From NCBI GenBank assembly GCA_046757025.1, contig JBHHXN010000041.1, positions 1-35,380 of the forward strand: a stretch of DNA of 35,380 nt. The letters are read 5' to 3'. The notes beneath the pieces are model-generated. The model was not told the origin of the DNA. It worked only from the letters and a program-made list of their open reading frames with translations, and did not search any database. Origin of the DNA: a bacterium. GTDB taxonomy: Bacteria; Zhuqueibacterota; Zhuqueibacteria; Oceanimicrobiales; Oceanimicrobiaceae. Position numbers and translations under genes: made by a program. This document shows, piece after piece, positions 9,315 through 17,968 of this stretch (the first letter of the stretch is position 1; every line of letters begins with the position of its first letter).

Positions 9315-9616
9315 ATGAAAATGCTGCTCAAAGTCACCATGCCCCACGAATCGTTCAACACCCTGGTACGACAGGGCAAAGCCGGGCAAATCCTCGGAAG
9401 AATTATGGAAGAAATCACGCCCGAAGCGTGTTATTTTACTGAGACAGATGGCAAACGATCCTGTGTGTGATAAATTTGCAGAGCCCTTCGGAAGTGCCAA
9501 AGTTCGCCGAGCCATTCTTTCTCAATTTTAATGCGGACTGCCGATTTCAGGTTCTCATGAGCGCAGAGGACTTACGAAACGCCGGTCTTGAAGAATTGGG
9601 TGAAAAGTGGGATTGA
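9315..9616 (+). pseudogene. Frameshifted ~100-aa conserved small protein (family often mis-annotated 'panthothenate synthetase')
   Basis: AAGGAG RBS; MKMLLKVTMPHESFN...YFTETDGKRSCV* (stop 9468-9470) continues in the -1 frame VINLQSPSEVPKFAEPFFLNFNADCRFQVLMSAEDLRNAGLEELGEKWD*. Confidence 0.75.
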
Positions 9617-9862
9617 ACGGTTCGGTATAATTGAATTTTTGCATCATGGGAGGAGGAACGTTCACACAAGCCTGATCTAAAACGGGAATCCCCCTGTGCG
9701 CCATTTGGCCAATCATGGAAAATGAAGTCGTGAAATACCTCGAAGCGGGCGTGTCAACGACTTTTTCATGAGCAGAGAAAAAAGTGTTTAAAACAAGTTA
9801 GCGACCTTGTTTAATTGCCAGTCGCCAATTATGAACGAATGTCAAGCGGAAAGGAGTAAAAA

Positions 9863-10492
9863 ATGTCCGATATGAATGGCGAAGAAAATCGCATCCGGGT
9901 GGTGGGATTGAACGGTAGTCTGCGGGAAGGCAGCTATACTCGTCTCACATTGGAAATCGCGCTCCAGGGCGCCAGCGAAGTCGGCGTCCACACACAATTG
10001 CTCGATTTGAAAGAGTACGATTTGAATTTTTGCGATGGCCGAGACGACCAGAGTACCTATCCACCCGATGTGAAAAAGCTGCGAGAAACGGTTGCCCGGG
10101 CACAGGGTCTAATCCTCGGTACACCCGAGTATCATGGCAGTTTCAGCGGTGTGTTGAAAAACGCGCTGGACCTGATGGGTTTTGAAGAGTTTGAGGGCAA
10201 AATGATCGGCCTGGTAGGGGTATCTGGTGGCGCGCTTGGAGCAGCCAACGCCTTGAATGGTTTGCGGTCCATCGGGCGAGCGCTGCATGCCTGGCTGATT
10301 CCGCAGCAAGCTTCCATTCCCGAAGCCTGGAAAGCCTTCGATGAATCCGGCAACTTGAAAGACAGCCACTTGATAGAACGAGTTAAGGAAGTTGGCCGCC
10401 AGGTGGCGCGATTTGCTTATCTGCACTCTTCCGAAAAAGCGCAAGAGTTTCTAAAAGCCTGGGAAGGCGCGCCACTGAATCCGGGTGGGTAA
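9863..10492 (+). CDS. NADPH-dependent FMN reductase (flavodoxin-like)
   Basis: GSLREGSY, GTPEYHGSFSGVLKNALD, VSGGALGA motifs; AAGGAG RBS. Confidence 0.92.
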   Translation: MSDMNGEENRIRVVGLNGSLREGSYTRLTLEIALQGASEVGVHTQLLDLKEYDLNFCDGRDDQSTYPPDVKKLRETVARAQGLILGTPEYHGSFSGVLKNALDLMGFEEFEGKMIGLVGVSGGALGAANALNGLRSIGRALHAWLIPQQASIPEAWKAFDESGNLKDSHLIERVKEVGRQVARFAYLHSSEKAQEFLKAWEGAPLNPGG

Positions 10493-10513
10493 TTCTGCAT
10501 CACAATTATCAAT

Positions 10514-10643
10514 TTGAATGACCAGTTGAAATAATTACGTTCGACTTCGCTCAGGTTGAAGCGTATCTCTTTATGGTGAGCGGAGGCGAACCATGTTAAC
10601 TCTTTAATTAGCAATTAAACCAGATTTTCGACTGGTCATTCAT
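10514..10643. mobile_element. 130-bp MITE-like element with nested REP hairpin and 9-bp target duplication
   Basis: Terminal IR TGAATGACCAGTTGAAA (10515-10531)/TTTCGACTGGTCATTCA (10626-10642), 16/17 match; flanking direct repeat ATTATCAAT at 10505-10513 and 10644-10652; inner IR GTTCGACTTCGCTCA/TGAGCGGAGGCGAAC. Confidence 0.7.
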
Positions 10644-10781
10644 ATTATCAATCGCCATGCAATTCTTCTAAGTAAAAGCATTCCAGAAATTCAGCCGTGT
10701 CCCATCTTCGAAATAACTGAGAGATTGAAGTTCGAACAGTAATCTTACTAAGTATTAGTTGGAAAATACTTGAGTAGAATT

Positions 10782-11768
10782 ATGAGTAAGACTCAATTCA
10801 TTGGGAGTGATCCCAAGATAAAAGATATATTACAGTTGGTTCAACACGTAGCTGATACCGATGCCACCGTTTTAATCACCGGAGAAAGCGGGACGGGTAA
10901 AGAACTGATTGCCCGCATCCTTCATGAGGATAGTTCGAGAGCCACAAATCCATTTATTGCAGTGAACTGCGGTGCATTAACAGAAACACTACAGGAATCT
11001 GAATTATTTGGCCATGTGAGAGGCGCGTTTACCGGTGCTTCTTCGAAAAAAATCGGCAAGTTTGAGGCAGCACATCGGGGGACTATATTTCTGGATGAAA
11101 TCAGTGAAATGAGCAAAGTTCTGCAAGTGAAATTGCTCAGGATCCTGCAATCCGGGGAGTATGCGCCAGTCGGAATGGCATATAATTGTTATTCGGATGT
11201 ACGCATTGTTGCGGCGACCAATCAAACGCTACAACCTCTGGTCGAAGCTGGTGAATTTCGACAGGACCTGTATTATCGGTTAAACGTCATTTGTCTGGAC
11301 CTGCCTCCGTTGCGAGAGCGCAAACAAGATATTCCATTGATGTTAGACCATTTTCTGAAAATCTTCAAAAACGTTTATGATAAACCTGAGCTTCAGATAT
11401 GTCCTGAAATTGTGGATGTATTGATGCAGTACGATTATCCAGGTAATGTTCGGGAATTGGAAAATATTATACGCAGGTCGATCATTTTGTGTTATGAGGA
11501 CCGGATTTCGTGCCAATATTTGCCTTCATACATTTTTGAAGAAAGGATTCATACACTGGAAGAGCACCCTAAAGACTTTCATCAGGCAAAAGCACAGGTG
11601 GTGGAAGAATTTGAACGAGATTATTTAACCTCAAAACTCAAGGATTGTGGCGGTATTATCAGTCGGGCAGCCGAGAGCGCAGGCTTGAGTGAACGCAACT
11701 TCCATGAAAAGATGAAGAAATACGGCATTCGAGGAAAGGCCTTTCGAGCAGAAGTGAACGCCGGTTGA
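10782..11768 (+). CDS. Sigma54-dependent enhancer-binding protein without N-terminal sensory/receiver domain
   Basis: Walker A GESGTGKE, ESELFGHVRGAFTGA, FLDEI, RQDLYYRLNV, YPGNVRELEN, C-terminal Fis-type HTH; start is ATG 10782 or TTG 10770. Confidence 0.93.
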   Translation: MSKTQFIGSDPKIKDILQLVQHVADTDATVLITGESGTGKELIARILHEDSSRATNPFIAVNCGALTETLQESELFGHVRGAFTGASSKKIGKFEAAHRGTIFLDEISEMSKVLQVKLLRILQSGEYAPVGMAYNCYSDVRIVAATNQTLQPLVEAGEFRQDLYYRLNVICLDLPPLRERKQDIPLMLDHFLKIFKNVYDKPELQICPEIVDVLMQYDYPGNVRELENIIRRSIILCYEDRISCQYLPSYIFEERIHTLEEHPKDFHQAKAQVVEEFERDYLTSKLKDCGGIISRAAESAGLSERNFHEKMKKYGIRGKAFRAEVNAG

Positions 11769-11872
11769 ATTGAACCCTCAAATAATAGTCATCTACAATG
11801 TTGCTGAAGAAAAGATCATAGTTTAGTGATACCTCCATCTGCTTGAGAGAAGTGCTGTATCCTGGCCAATTA

Positions 11873-11887
11873 TGGCTGCTATTTTGC
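11873..11887 (+). promoter_or_regulatory. Possible second, weaker sigma54 -24/-12 site
   Basis: TGGCTG-CTATT-TTGC with correct GG-N10-GC spacing. Confidence 0.35.
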
Positions 11888-11951
11888 TAACTCTCACAAT
11901 TTTAATCTATTAGAAGATCCTTCCAAAACATTTTCCACGATTCTTTTTTAA

Positions 11952-11966
11952 TGGCACCAATGTTGC
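11952..11966 (+). promoter_or_regulatory. Sigma54 (-24/-12) promoter
   Basis: TGGCAC-CAATG-TTGC, an exact match to consensus TGGCAC-N5-TTGC, between the activator gene and the downstream cluster. Confidence 0.85.
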
Positions 11967-12059
11967 GATTTCTCGAACGAATTTAGCCAAATTTACTCCA
12001 ATCATGTTTGCTTTTTACGCACTTAAAATTTAGTTGGATTTTTGTTTATAGGAGGATAT

Positions 12060-12500
12060 ATGGTGCAGAGAAACAGCGATCAGGTAATTCACTTTTGTCT
12101 CGCTGGAGCAAAAGTAAGTAACGATTGGAACTTGATCTGGCAACTTAAAATGGGACACGTTGTGACAATTGTTGAGAGTGAACACATTTTCAATGGCAAT
12201 TCCATTTTAGCTTCAGCAGATGTTCTTATTTTAGATTGCAATGAAAAACAAGAGTCGTATTCGCGATTTTTACAGAATTTACGAAAAATGAAAAGCGATT
12301 TTCCTGGACTGTGCATCGTGCTGGTAAATGGCGGGATCGACCAGAAGCAAATTGCTTTGGCGTTCAAAGAAGGAGTGCACGATTATTTCTCTGACCCTTA
12401 TGACGCAATACTGCTGATGGAACGCATCCAATACTTAATCCGAAACAAAAAAAACAATCAGATGGGTTGGGTTGATTCACATCCAGAGTCTATAAACTAA
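12060..12500 (+). CDS. Stand-alone degenerate receiver (REC-like) domain protein
   Basis: ADVLILD, CIVLVNG, ALAFKEGVHDYFSDPYD; conserved Lys of KP replaced by D; GGAGG RBS before ATG 12060. Confidence 0.7.
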   Translation: MVQRNSDQVIHFCLAGAKVSNDWNLIWQLKMGHVVTIVESEHIFNGNSILASADVLILDCNEKQESYSRFLQNLRKMKSDFPGLCIVLVNGGIDQKQIALAFKEGVHDYFSDPYDAILLMERIQYLIRNKKNNQMGWVDSHPESIN

Positions 12501-12770
12501 AAAATCTATTACAGTGATTTTGATCTGAGAATGATAAAATAGCATGACCAAAATCGATTAACAATCATCTTGAAAGATAATTTGGATTGGAACACAAAAA
12601 GCCGCCGTGAGATCGACATGCGACATATCCATTTAATATTCTGGCCGACGTGGTATCATGGACGTAGCATTTACAGAGTAACTATTTGTGTTTGCGGTTG
12701 GACTAAATGGCTCAGGATTGATTTTGTTAAACAGATTACCCAAAATGAAATTTAAAATTAAGGAGGCAGT

Positions 12771-15140
12771 TTGATGAAAACAATAAAAGAGCACCTGGAC
12801 AGGGCAAGTACTCATCAGGAAAACGAGTCGCCATTTCTTACAAGTGAAGAATTCGTGCCTGTTCAAGAAGAAGGTAATGGCTCTGTGACCATAGCATCCA
12901 ATATCAGAACTCCATTCGCGTCAATTTATGAGTGGCCTGGTAATGAAAATATGATGAGCGAGGAAGACCTGGAGGTATCCAGATTCGTAACCTCCTTATA
13001 TGATGAGGAATTTGACTCCGCTGTGTATCAGATAATGGAAGAAGCCTCACAACTCATTTCTGAATATGGGGAGAACCAGGAGGTCACAGCGGAACATTTG
13101 CTGAATGAGCATTTTGACTCACTGGCTACTGAGACAGAAGCAGCAATGGACTTCATAGCTGAGCACGCCGAACAGCTTGAGCAGGAAACGATTACGGAAT
13201 CAGAACTTGAAGCCATGGTAAACGACTGGCGGGTGGGTCGGACACCACTAACTCCAGGTCAACAGGAATATTTCTGGGGTTGGGCCAAGAAGGCAGTGAA
13301 ATGGGCCAAAAAGAAAGTCAAGGCGGTCGGGAAATGGGCTTTGAAGAAAGCTCTCCGCAAATTGAAAAGACTGGTAAGACCGGTTCTGAAACAGGTCTTG
13401 AAAAAAGCCATCAATTGGCTGCCATCAGCGTTACGTCCTATAGCTCGGCGTCTCGCCAAAAAGATTTTGAAGAAAGTCTCGGAGGCCGAGTTCGAGGATC
13501 CTGAGTACGAAAATCTCTCGGAAGTGGGTGCCATTCAGCATGAGCTGGATTTGCAATTAGCCCATCTGTTGTATTCGGAAGACGAAGAAGAGCAGGACGC
13601 AGCGGTTTCTGAGTTTATGCTTGAGGCCAATCAAGGTCCCGAGGATGCCGTCGTAAGGCTGCAGTCTGCCCGCGAAAGGTTTATCCAGGAAATCAGTGAG
13701 TTGGAAGATGAAGCAGACGTTGAGCCAGCGGTCGAACGATTTATTCCAGCTCTTCTGCCAGCTCTCAAATTAGGGCTTAAACTCATCGGTCGCCGCAAAG
13801 TTGTCAATTTCATCGCCAAGTATGTCGCCAAATTTATCAAGCGATTTGTGGGTAGAAAGTATGCCAAACGATTGTCTCGCGCAATCGTGGATGCCGGTTT
13901 GCGTTTGATTCATCTTGAAACGAACGAAGCAGACGAGCTCGAAGCCGCTGCCAGCGCAGTTGCAGGGGTGGTTGAAGACACGGTTCGAGAAGCTGCCGGC
14001 TTACCAGAACATATTCTCGAGGATGAGGCGCTGTTGGAAGGATTTCTGCTCGAAGCGTTTGAAAAAGCCGCCGCAGCAAACCTGCCGCAAGTGCTTCCTG
14101 AAAGTGTTTACGAGGATAGACCCGAACTGCGTGAGACTTCGCACCGCAAAGGCGCCTGGGTGATGCTGCCCAAAGGCAAACGAAAGCGTTTTAAAAAATA
14201 CACAAAGGTTATCGACGTCGTGATTACGCCGCATGCAGCCAAAATGATTAAGACGCATGGTAAACGTTCGCTCTCGACCTATTTTCAAGAAAAATTGAAA
14301 TTGCCAGCAGGTAAAATAGTAAAAGCGCGGCTCCATCTTTTTGAAGCCATGGTAGGCACGCGCTTAAGCGACATCAGTCGAAACGACCCAAGCCTTTCAT
14401 CTCATCTGCCAGTCGGCCGCGAATACGAGCACTTGCACCCCTTGACTCCCGAAGCAGCTGCCATGCTTTTAAATGAACCCGGCCTCGGAAGAGAGTACCA
14501 GGAAGCGTATCATTCCGACCGGACGCCAGGCAATGATGGCGGCAGGCGCGTCTATTTTATTGAAACAGAAGACGTACCTTACCTCGCGGGTAAAAAACAA
14601 CTTCCTCGCCTGTCTGAAGCCAGGCTCACGTTTGATTTTCCGGCAAACGAGGTCAAGATCTTCGCTTTTTTAAATGAAGGACGGGCGCAGGAAATCGCAC
14701 GAAAAATTCGACGTCAGGAACCTCCTGGGCAAATTTTAAACACGGTGTCTTCTGTCATGCGCAGTTTAATCGATGAAGCATTGAGCTGTAAAGTTCACCG
14801 CCATACAAGGGTGTTGCATGCGTCGCTGGCACCTGAAGCTATGATCGGAAATGGTTTGGGCCGGCTGCCTGCAAATATGCGTACGAAACTCCCTGTAACA
14901 ATTACAGAATGGGTGGGGCGAGGTCTGAAAAACTTTTTTTCCGAAAACGCTCAAGACTTCGTTTCGGCCACGGAAGACGAAGCAGATGGAGTAACGATGT
15001 TGATGACGATATCCGATCCTCCTGGTCTTGTAAATCTTCGCAAGATGATTGCTGGTGCCTCAACCCAATTTAGCCGCAACGGTATTCATGGGCAGGTTCA
15101 AGTGAACGTAAAGGTAATAGCCGGTTTTTACTATGAATGA
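12771..15140 (+). CDS. Hypothetical 789-aa protein: SPF/acidic leader, alternating acidic tracts and cationic amphipathic segments, C-terminal globular region
   Basis: Long ORF with AAGGAGG RBS (TTG 12771 or ATG 12774); charge-segregated composition is visible in the translation. Confidence 0.85.
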   Translation: MMKTIKEHLDRASTHQENESPFLTSEEFVPVQEEGNGSVTIASNIRTPFASIYEWPGNENMMSEEDLEVSRFVTSLYDEEFDSAVYQIMEEASQLISEYGENQEVTAEHLLNEHFDSLATETEAAMDFIAEHAEQLEQETITESELEAMVNDWRVGRTPLTPGQQEYFWGWAKKAVKWAKKKVKAVGKWALKKALRKLKRLVRPVLKQVLKKAINWLPSALRPIARRLAKKILKKVSEAEFEDPEYENLSEVGAIQHELDLQLAHLLYSEDEEEQDAAVSEFMLEANQGPEDAVVRLQSARERFIQEISELEDEADVEPAVERFIPALLPALKLGLKLIGRRKVVNFIAKYVAKFIKRFVGRKYAKRLSRAIVDAGLRLIHLETNEADELEAAASAVAGVVEDTVREAAGLPEHILEDEALLEGFLLEAFEKAAAANLPQVLPESVYEDRPELRETSHRKGAWVMLPKGKRKRFKKYTKVIDVVITPHAAKMIKTHGKRSLSTYFQEKLKLPAGKIVKARLHLFEAMVGTRLSDISRNDPSLSSHLPVGREYEHLHPLTPEAAAMLLNEPGLGREYQEAYHSDRTPGNDGGRRVYFIETEDVPYLAGKKQLPRLSEARLTFDFPANEVKIFAFLNEGRAQEIARKIRRQEPPGQILNTVSSVMRSLIDEALSCKVHRHTRVLHASLAPEAMIGNGLGRLPANMRTKLPVTITEWVGRGLKNFFSENAQDFVSATEDEADGVTMLMTISDPPGLVNLRKMIAGASTQFSRNGIHGQVQVNVKVIAGFYYE

Positions 15141-16386
15141 GTACGCTCAAATTATTAAGAAGCAATTGACCCGTCAGGTGCAGCATTGGGCATTTGCTGC
15201 GTCGAGGTTGCAGAACCTCGAAGATTACACTTCGCCCGACGCCTGGCAAGAGCTTGAGCGCTATCTTGGCGTGGCCATTCGGAGTGAGTTGTCGCGTCAT
15301 ATTGACCGTCTTGCGCGGCAAGGACAAAAGCTTTTCTTGAATCTTCGAAGTATCCAATCGTTGCCAGCGCTTGAGGACTTCGGCAGGCAGTTATTGAATT
15401 TCCGAACCAGCTATCTTAGAACGGAAACTGCTGTGGATTTTTACGCAGATGCCATCAATACCAGAACGAACAAGGAGATCGGCGCATTGCTGCGAGCGTG
15501 TGATTTTATCGCCAGAAAAAGTATGACCGATCTCCTGGATAAACTCCACAAGCCAACACCGCCGGTTCTCTGCTATCTCGATGACGGAGTGGGCGCTTCG
15601 ATTCTGAAAGCGGGGCTGCGATTCCCTGGCGGTCCCATTGAAAACCCGGCCGCAACCATTAAAGTTGTTCATCACAATCTTTATCGCCCGACATCGCTCA
15701 TCCACGAGGCGGGTCACCAGGTTGCTCACATACTCGGGTGGAATCGTGAACTGGCTGCAAGTTTAGAACAAGCCCTTGGCAAATATGACAGTGAAGTAGC
15801 GGAAACCTGGGGAAGTTGGGCGTCTGAGATTGCGGCAGATACCTTTGCTTTTGTTCATACGGGTTACGGTTCGGTTGCGGCGCTACATGACGTTGTGGAT
15901 GGTGGTGCGAGCAAAGTCTTTCGATTTTTGCCCGGAGATCCACATCCAATCGCTTACATAAGAGTCTTGTTAGGAACGAGTATGTGTACAGCGCTCTGGG
16001 GCAAAGGGCCATGGGATGAGCTGGCGCTTGCCTGGCAACACCGATACCCACTTAATCAAAAACAGTTGCACGTTTTCGAGTTGCTTAATAAATCGTTGCC
16101 GCTGCTTCCAAAAGCAGTGGAAACGTGTCTGATGACGCCAATGCGATCATTTGGTGGACAAAATTTGATTCAGCATATAAATCCCGAGCGAGTTAAGCCG
16201 GAAAGTCTGGCTGAGTTGGAACGCAGCGCCGGCAAAGCGCTTTTTCATTCGGAGCACTGGGTGCAGACTGAAGCGCTACGATTGTTAGCACTTACTGCTT
16301 TGAGATGCGCTACATTACCCGACGAAGCCTTATCAACATACCGCCAACAGAGGGCCTGGATGCTCAAGTTAGGCGGCATCATTTAA
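15133..16386 (+). CDS. Putative zinc metallopeptidase (HExxH, gluzincin/M48-like motif order)
   Basis: SLIHEAGHQVAH, downstream WASEIAADTFA and GDPHP; ATGAATGA 8-nt overlap with the upstream gene. Confidence 0.7.
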   Translation: MNEYAQIIKKQLTRQVQHWAFAASRLQNLEDYTSPDAWQELERYLGVAIRSELSRHIDRLARQGQKLFLNLRSIQSLPALEDFGRQLLNFRTSYLRTETAVDFYADAINTRTNKEIGALLRACDFIARKSMTDLLDKLHKPTPPVLCYLDDGVGASILKAGLRFPGGPIENPAATIKVVHHNLYRPTSLIHEAGHQVAHILGWNRELAASLEQALGKYDSEVAETWGSWASEIAADTFAFVHTGYGSVAALHDVVDGGASKVFRFLPGDPHPIAYIRVLLGTSMCTALWGKGPWDELALAWQHRYPLNQKQLHVFELLNKSLPLLPKAVETCLMTPMRSFGGQNLIQHINPERVKPESLAELERSAGKALFHSEHWVQTEALRLLALTALRCATLPDEALSTYRQQRAWMLKLGGII

Positions 16387-16427
16387 TTAAACGAAGGATT
16401 TTTTTATCTCACGAAAGGAGAGCGAAA

Positions 16428-16631
16428 ATGGCTAAAGATGAAACCAAAGTCAAGACTGTACCCACGGAAAACGTTATTCACACCAGCGCACGGGAGGATC
16501 CGCCAGACCCGAAAGCACAGGCCATTGCTGAGTTTATAAACATAAAAGCCGCGTTGAGTGGCGCCGATCCGGTCTGGCCAATTCCGGAATTAGATGATAA
16601 ATTGCGGCCAGGATTTAGCGGCCAGAGTTAA
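16428..16631 (+). CDS. Small hypothetical protein, 67 aa (MAKDETKVK...)
   Basis: GAAAGGAG RBS at 16413-16420 before ATG 16428; fills the gap in the operon. Confidence 0.65.
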   Translation: MAKDETKVKTVPTENVIHTSAREDPPDPKAQAIAEFINIKAALSGADPVWPIPELDDKLRPGFSGQS

Positions 16632-16668
16632 TTCAAAAGTTTCTGATAATGGAAAGGAGAATGTAATC

Positions 16669-17850
16669 ATGTTTAGAAGAATAGCACGAGGAATTGCGGG
16701 CGGTGCAAACACCTTATTCAAACTGCACCCACTCGAACTGAGTGCCTTACTGGAAGCAGCATGGGAATTCAGGGTTCATCAATCACCACTTCAGGCTGGA
16801 CACCCGAATCGTCGCAGCGACACACCTGAACTGCCGAGGTATATCCTCAACCTCTTTGATTTTTTTTCTGGCGGGAATACAACAGGTAATTCACTGAACG
16901 CCGTTGTGCAGAGAATGTTTGGCGAGGTCAGGTGGCACCACCTGATCTACGCTTACATGATCGAGAATACCCGCGTGTATGAGATTTTTGAAAAAGTTTT
17001 GTTTGAATACCTGCACGGCGAACGTCTCGGCCCGCCACTTCCGGATGCTCAGCACTGGCTTCGAAACACGGAAGAGTTGTTTTACAGAGATCCGGCACCG
17101 TTTTCTATCTACGGCGTGGTGAGCGATGTTCGTCCGGATAAGCGCGCGTCCCGGCGTAACGCTTACTACCGAATGTTTGGAATGGAGTTGAATCATGGCG
17201 CAGGCAAAGAAAAGACTTACAATTATCAAAAACCCGAGGTTGCTAACCGCGAATTTGTAGCGACATTTGAGGCTTTTCTACGTGAGGTTTGGATTGGCAT
17301 TTCCAATGTTGGCAATGCAAGCGGAAGCAATCCCACTGATAATGCTGCCATCGCAAACTTGGCGCGTCAGCTCAGCGATATGCTGAGAACCCGCCGGCAA
17401 AACGGCAACCTGTCCCGGCAGGAGTTTTGGTACGTCGCGATGATGTCCTGGTTCCATCTGACCATAGAACCCACAAATCCACCGCTGCCAATTATCGCCT
17501 CTTTGCGCGCTGAAGCACCGAGAGAAGATCAAGTCTTGTTCAAAGTGGCCGAGCGTGTAGGACAGCCGGTCTACAGCCGGGCCTATGATCTGTTTCAACT
17601 TGCCGAGCCCATGTCAAGAATTCTAACTCAGATCGAAATGGAAACTTATAATAATCCAGCAGCTGTGCCTGCACTTTATACTGAAGCTACTAATGGCCCC
17701 GAAGCGGACATGCGAACCATCATCACACACTGGTCGCTGGCAACCGGCAAAGACATGAAAGTTAGAAAAGGCTCGTCGATTTCGCAAATCAAGACCAGTG
17801 GCAATGGGCAAGCCGCAAAGCCAGAGAAGATGGTACTCGAAGCGGTTTAA
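16669..17850 (+). CDS. Hypothetical 393-aa cytoplasmic protein, no assignable family
   Basis: GAAAGGAG RBS before ATG 16669; globular composition with motif-like blocks WHHLIYAYMIENTR, RRNAYYRMFG, SWFHLT. Confidence 0.8.
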   Translation: MFRRIARGIAGGANTLFKLHPLELSALLEAAWEFRVHQSPLQAGHPNRRSDTPELPRYILNLFDFFSGGNTTGNSLNAVVQRMFGEVRWHHLIYAYMIENTRVYEIFEKVLFEYLHGERLGPPLPDAQHWLRNTEELFYRDPAPFSIYGVVSDVRPDKRASRRNAYYRMFGMELNHGAGKEKTYNYQKPEVANREFVATFEAFLREVWIGISNVGNASGSNPTDNAAIANLARQLSDMLRTRRQNGNLSRQEFWYVAMMSWFHLTIEPTNPPLPIIASLRAEAPREDQVLFKVAERVGQPVYSRAYDLFQLAEPMSRILTQIEMETYNNPAAVPALYTEATNGPEADMRTIITHWSLATGKDMKVRKGSSISQIKTSGNGQAAKPEKMVLEAV

Positions 17851-17968
17851 TCGTTGAACACGCAGTAAAAAGTATCCAGACAGATTCAATAGTTGACAAG
17901 ATCCACTCATTTTCTTGTTAGTCACAATATCTTGTAAAAAATACAAATTCATATTGGAAAGGTGAAAA

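Noticed and set aside
12570..12755. 61-aa ORF and a TGGAAC-N7-GC sigma54-like motif at 12588
   Set aside because: TTG start without a good RBS, and the motif lacks the TTGC -12 element; cannot support either.
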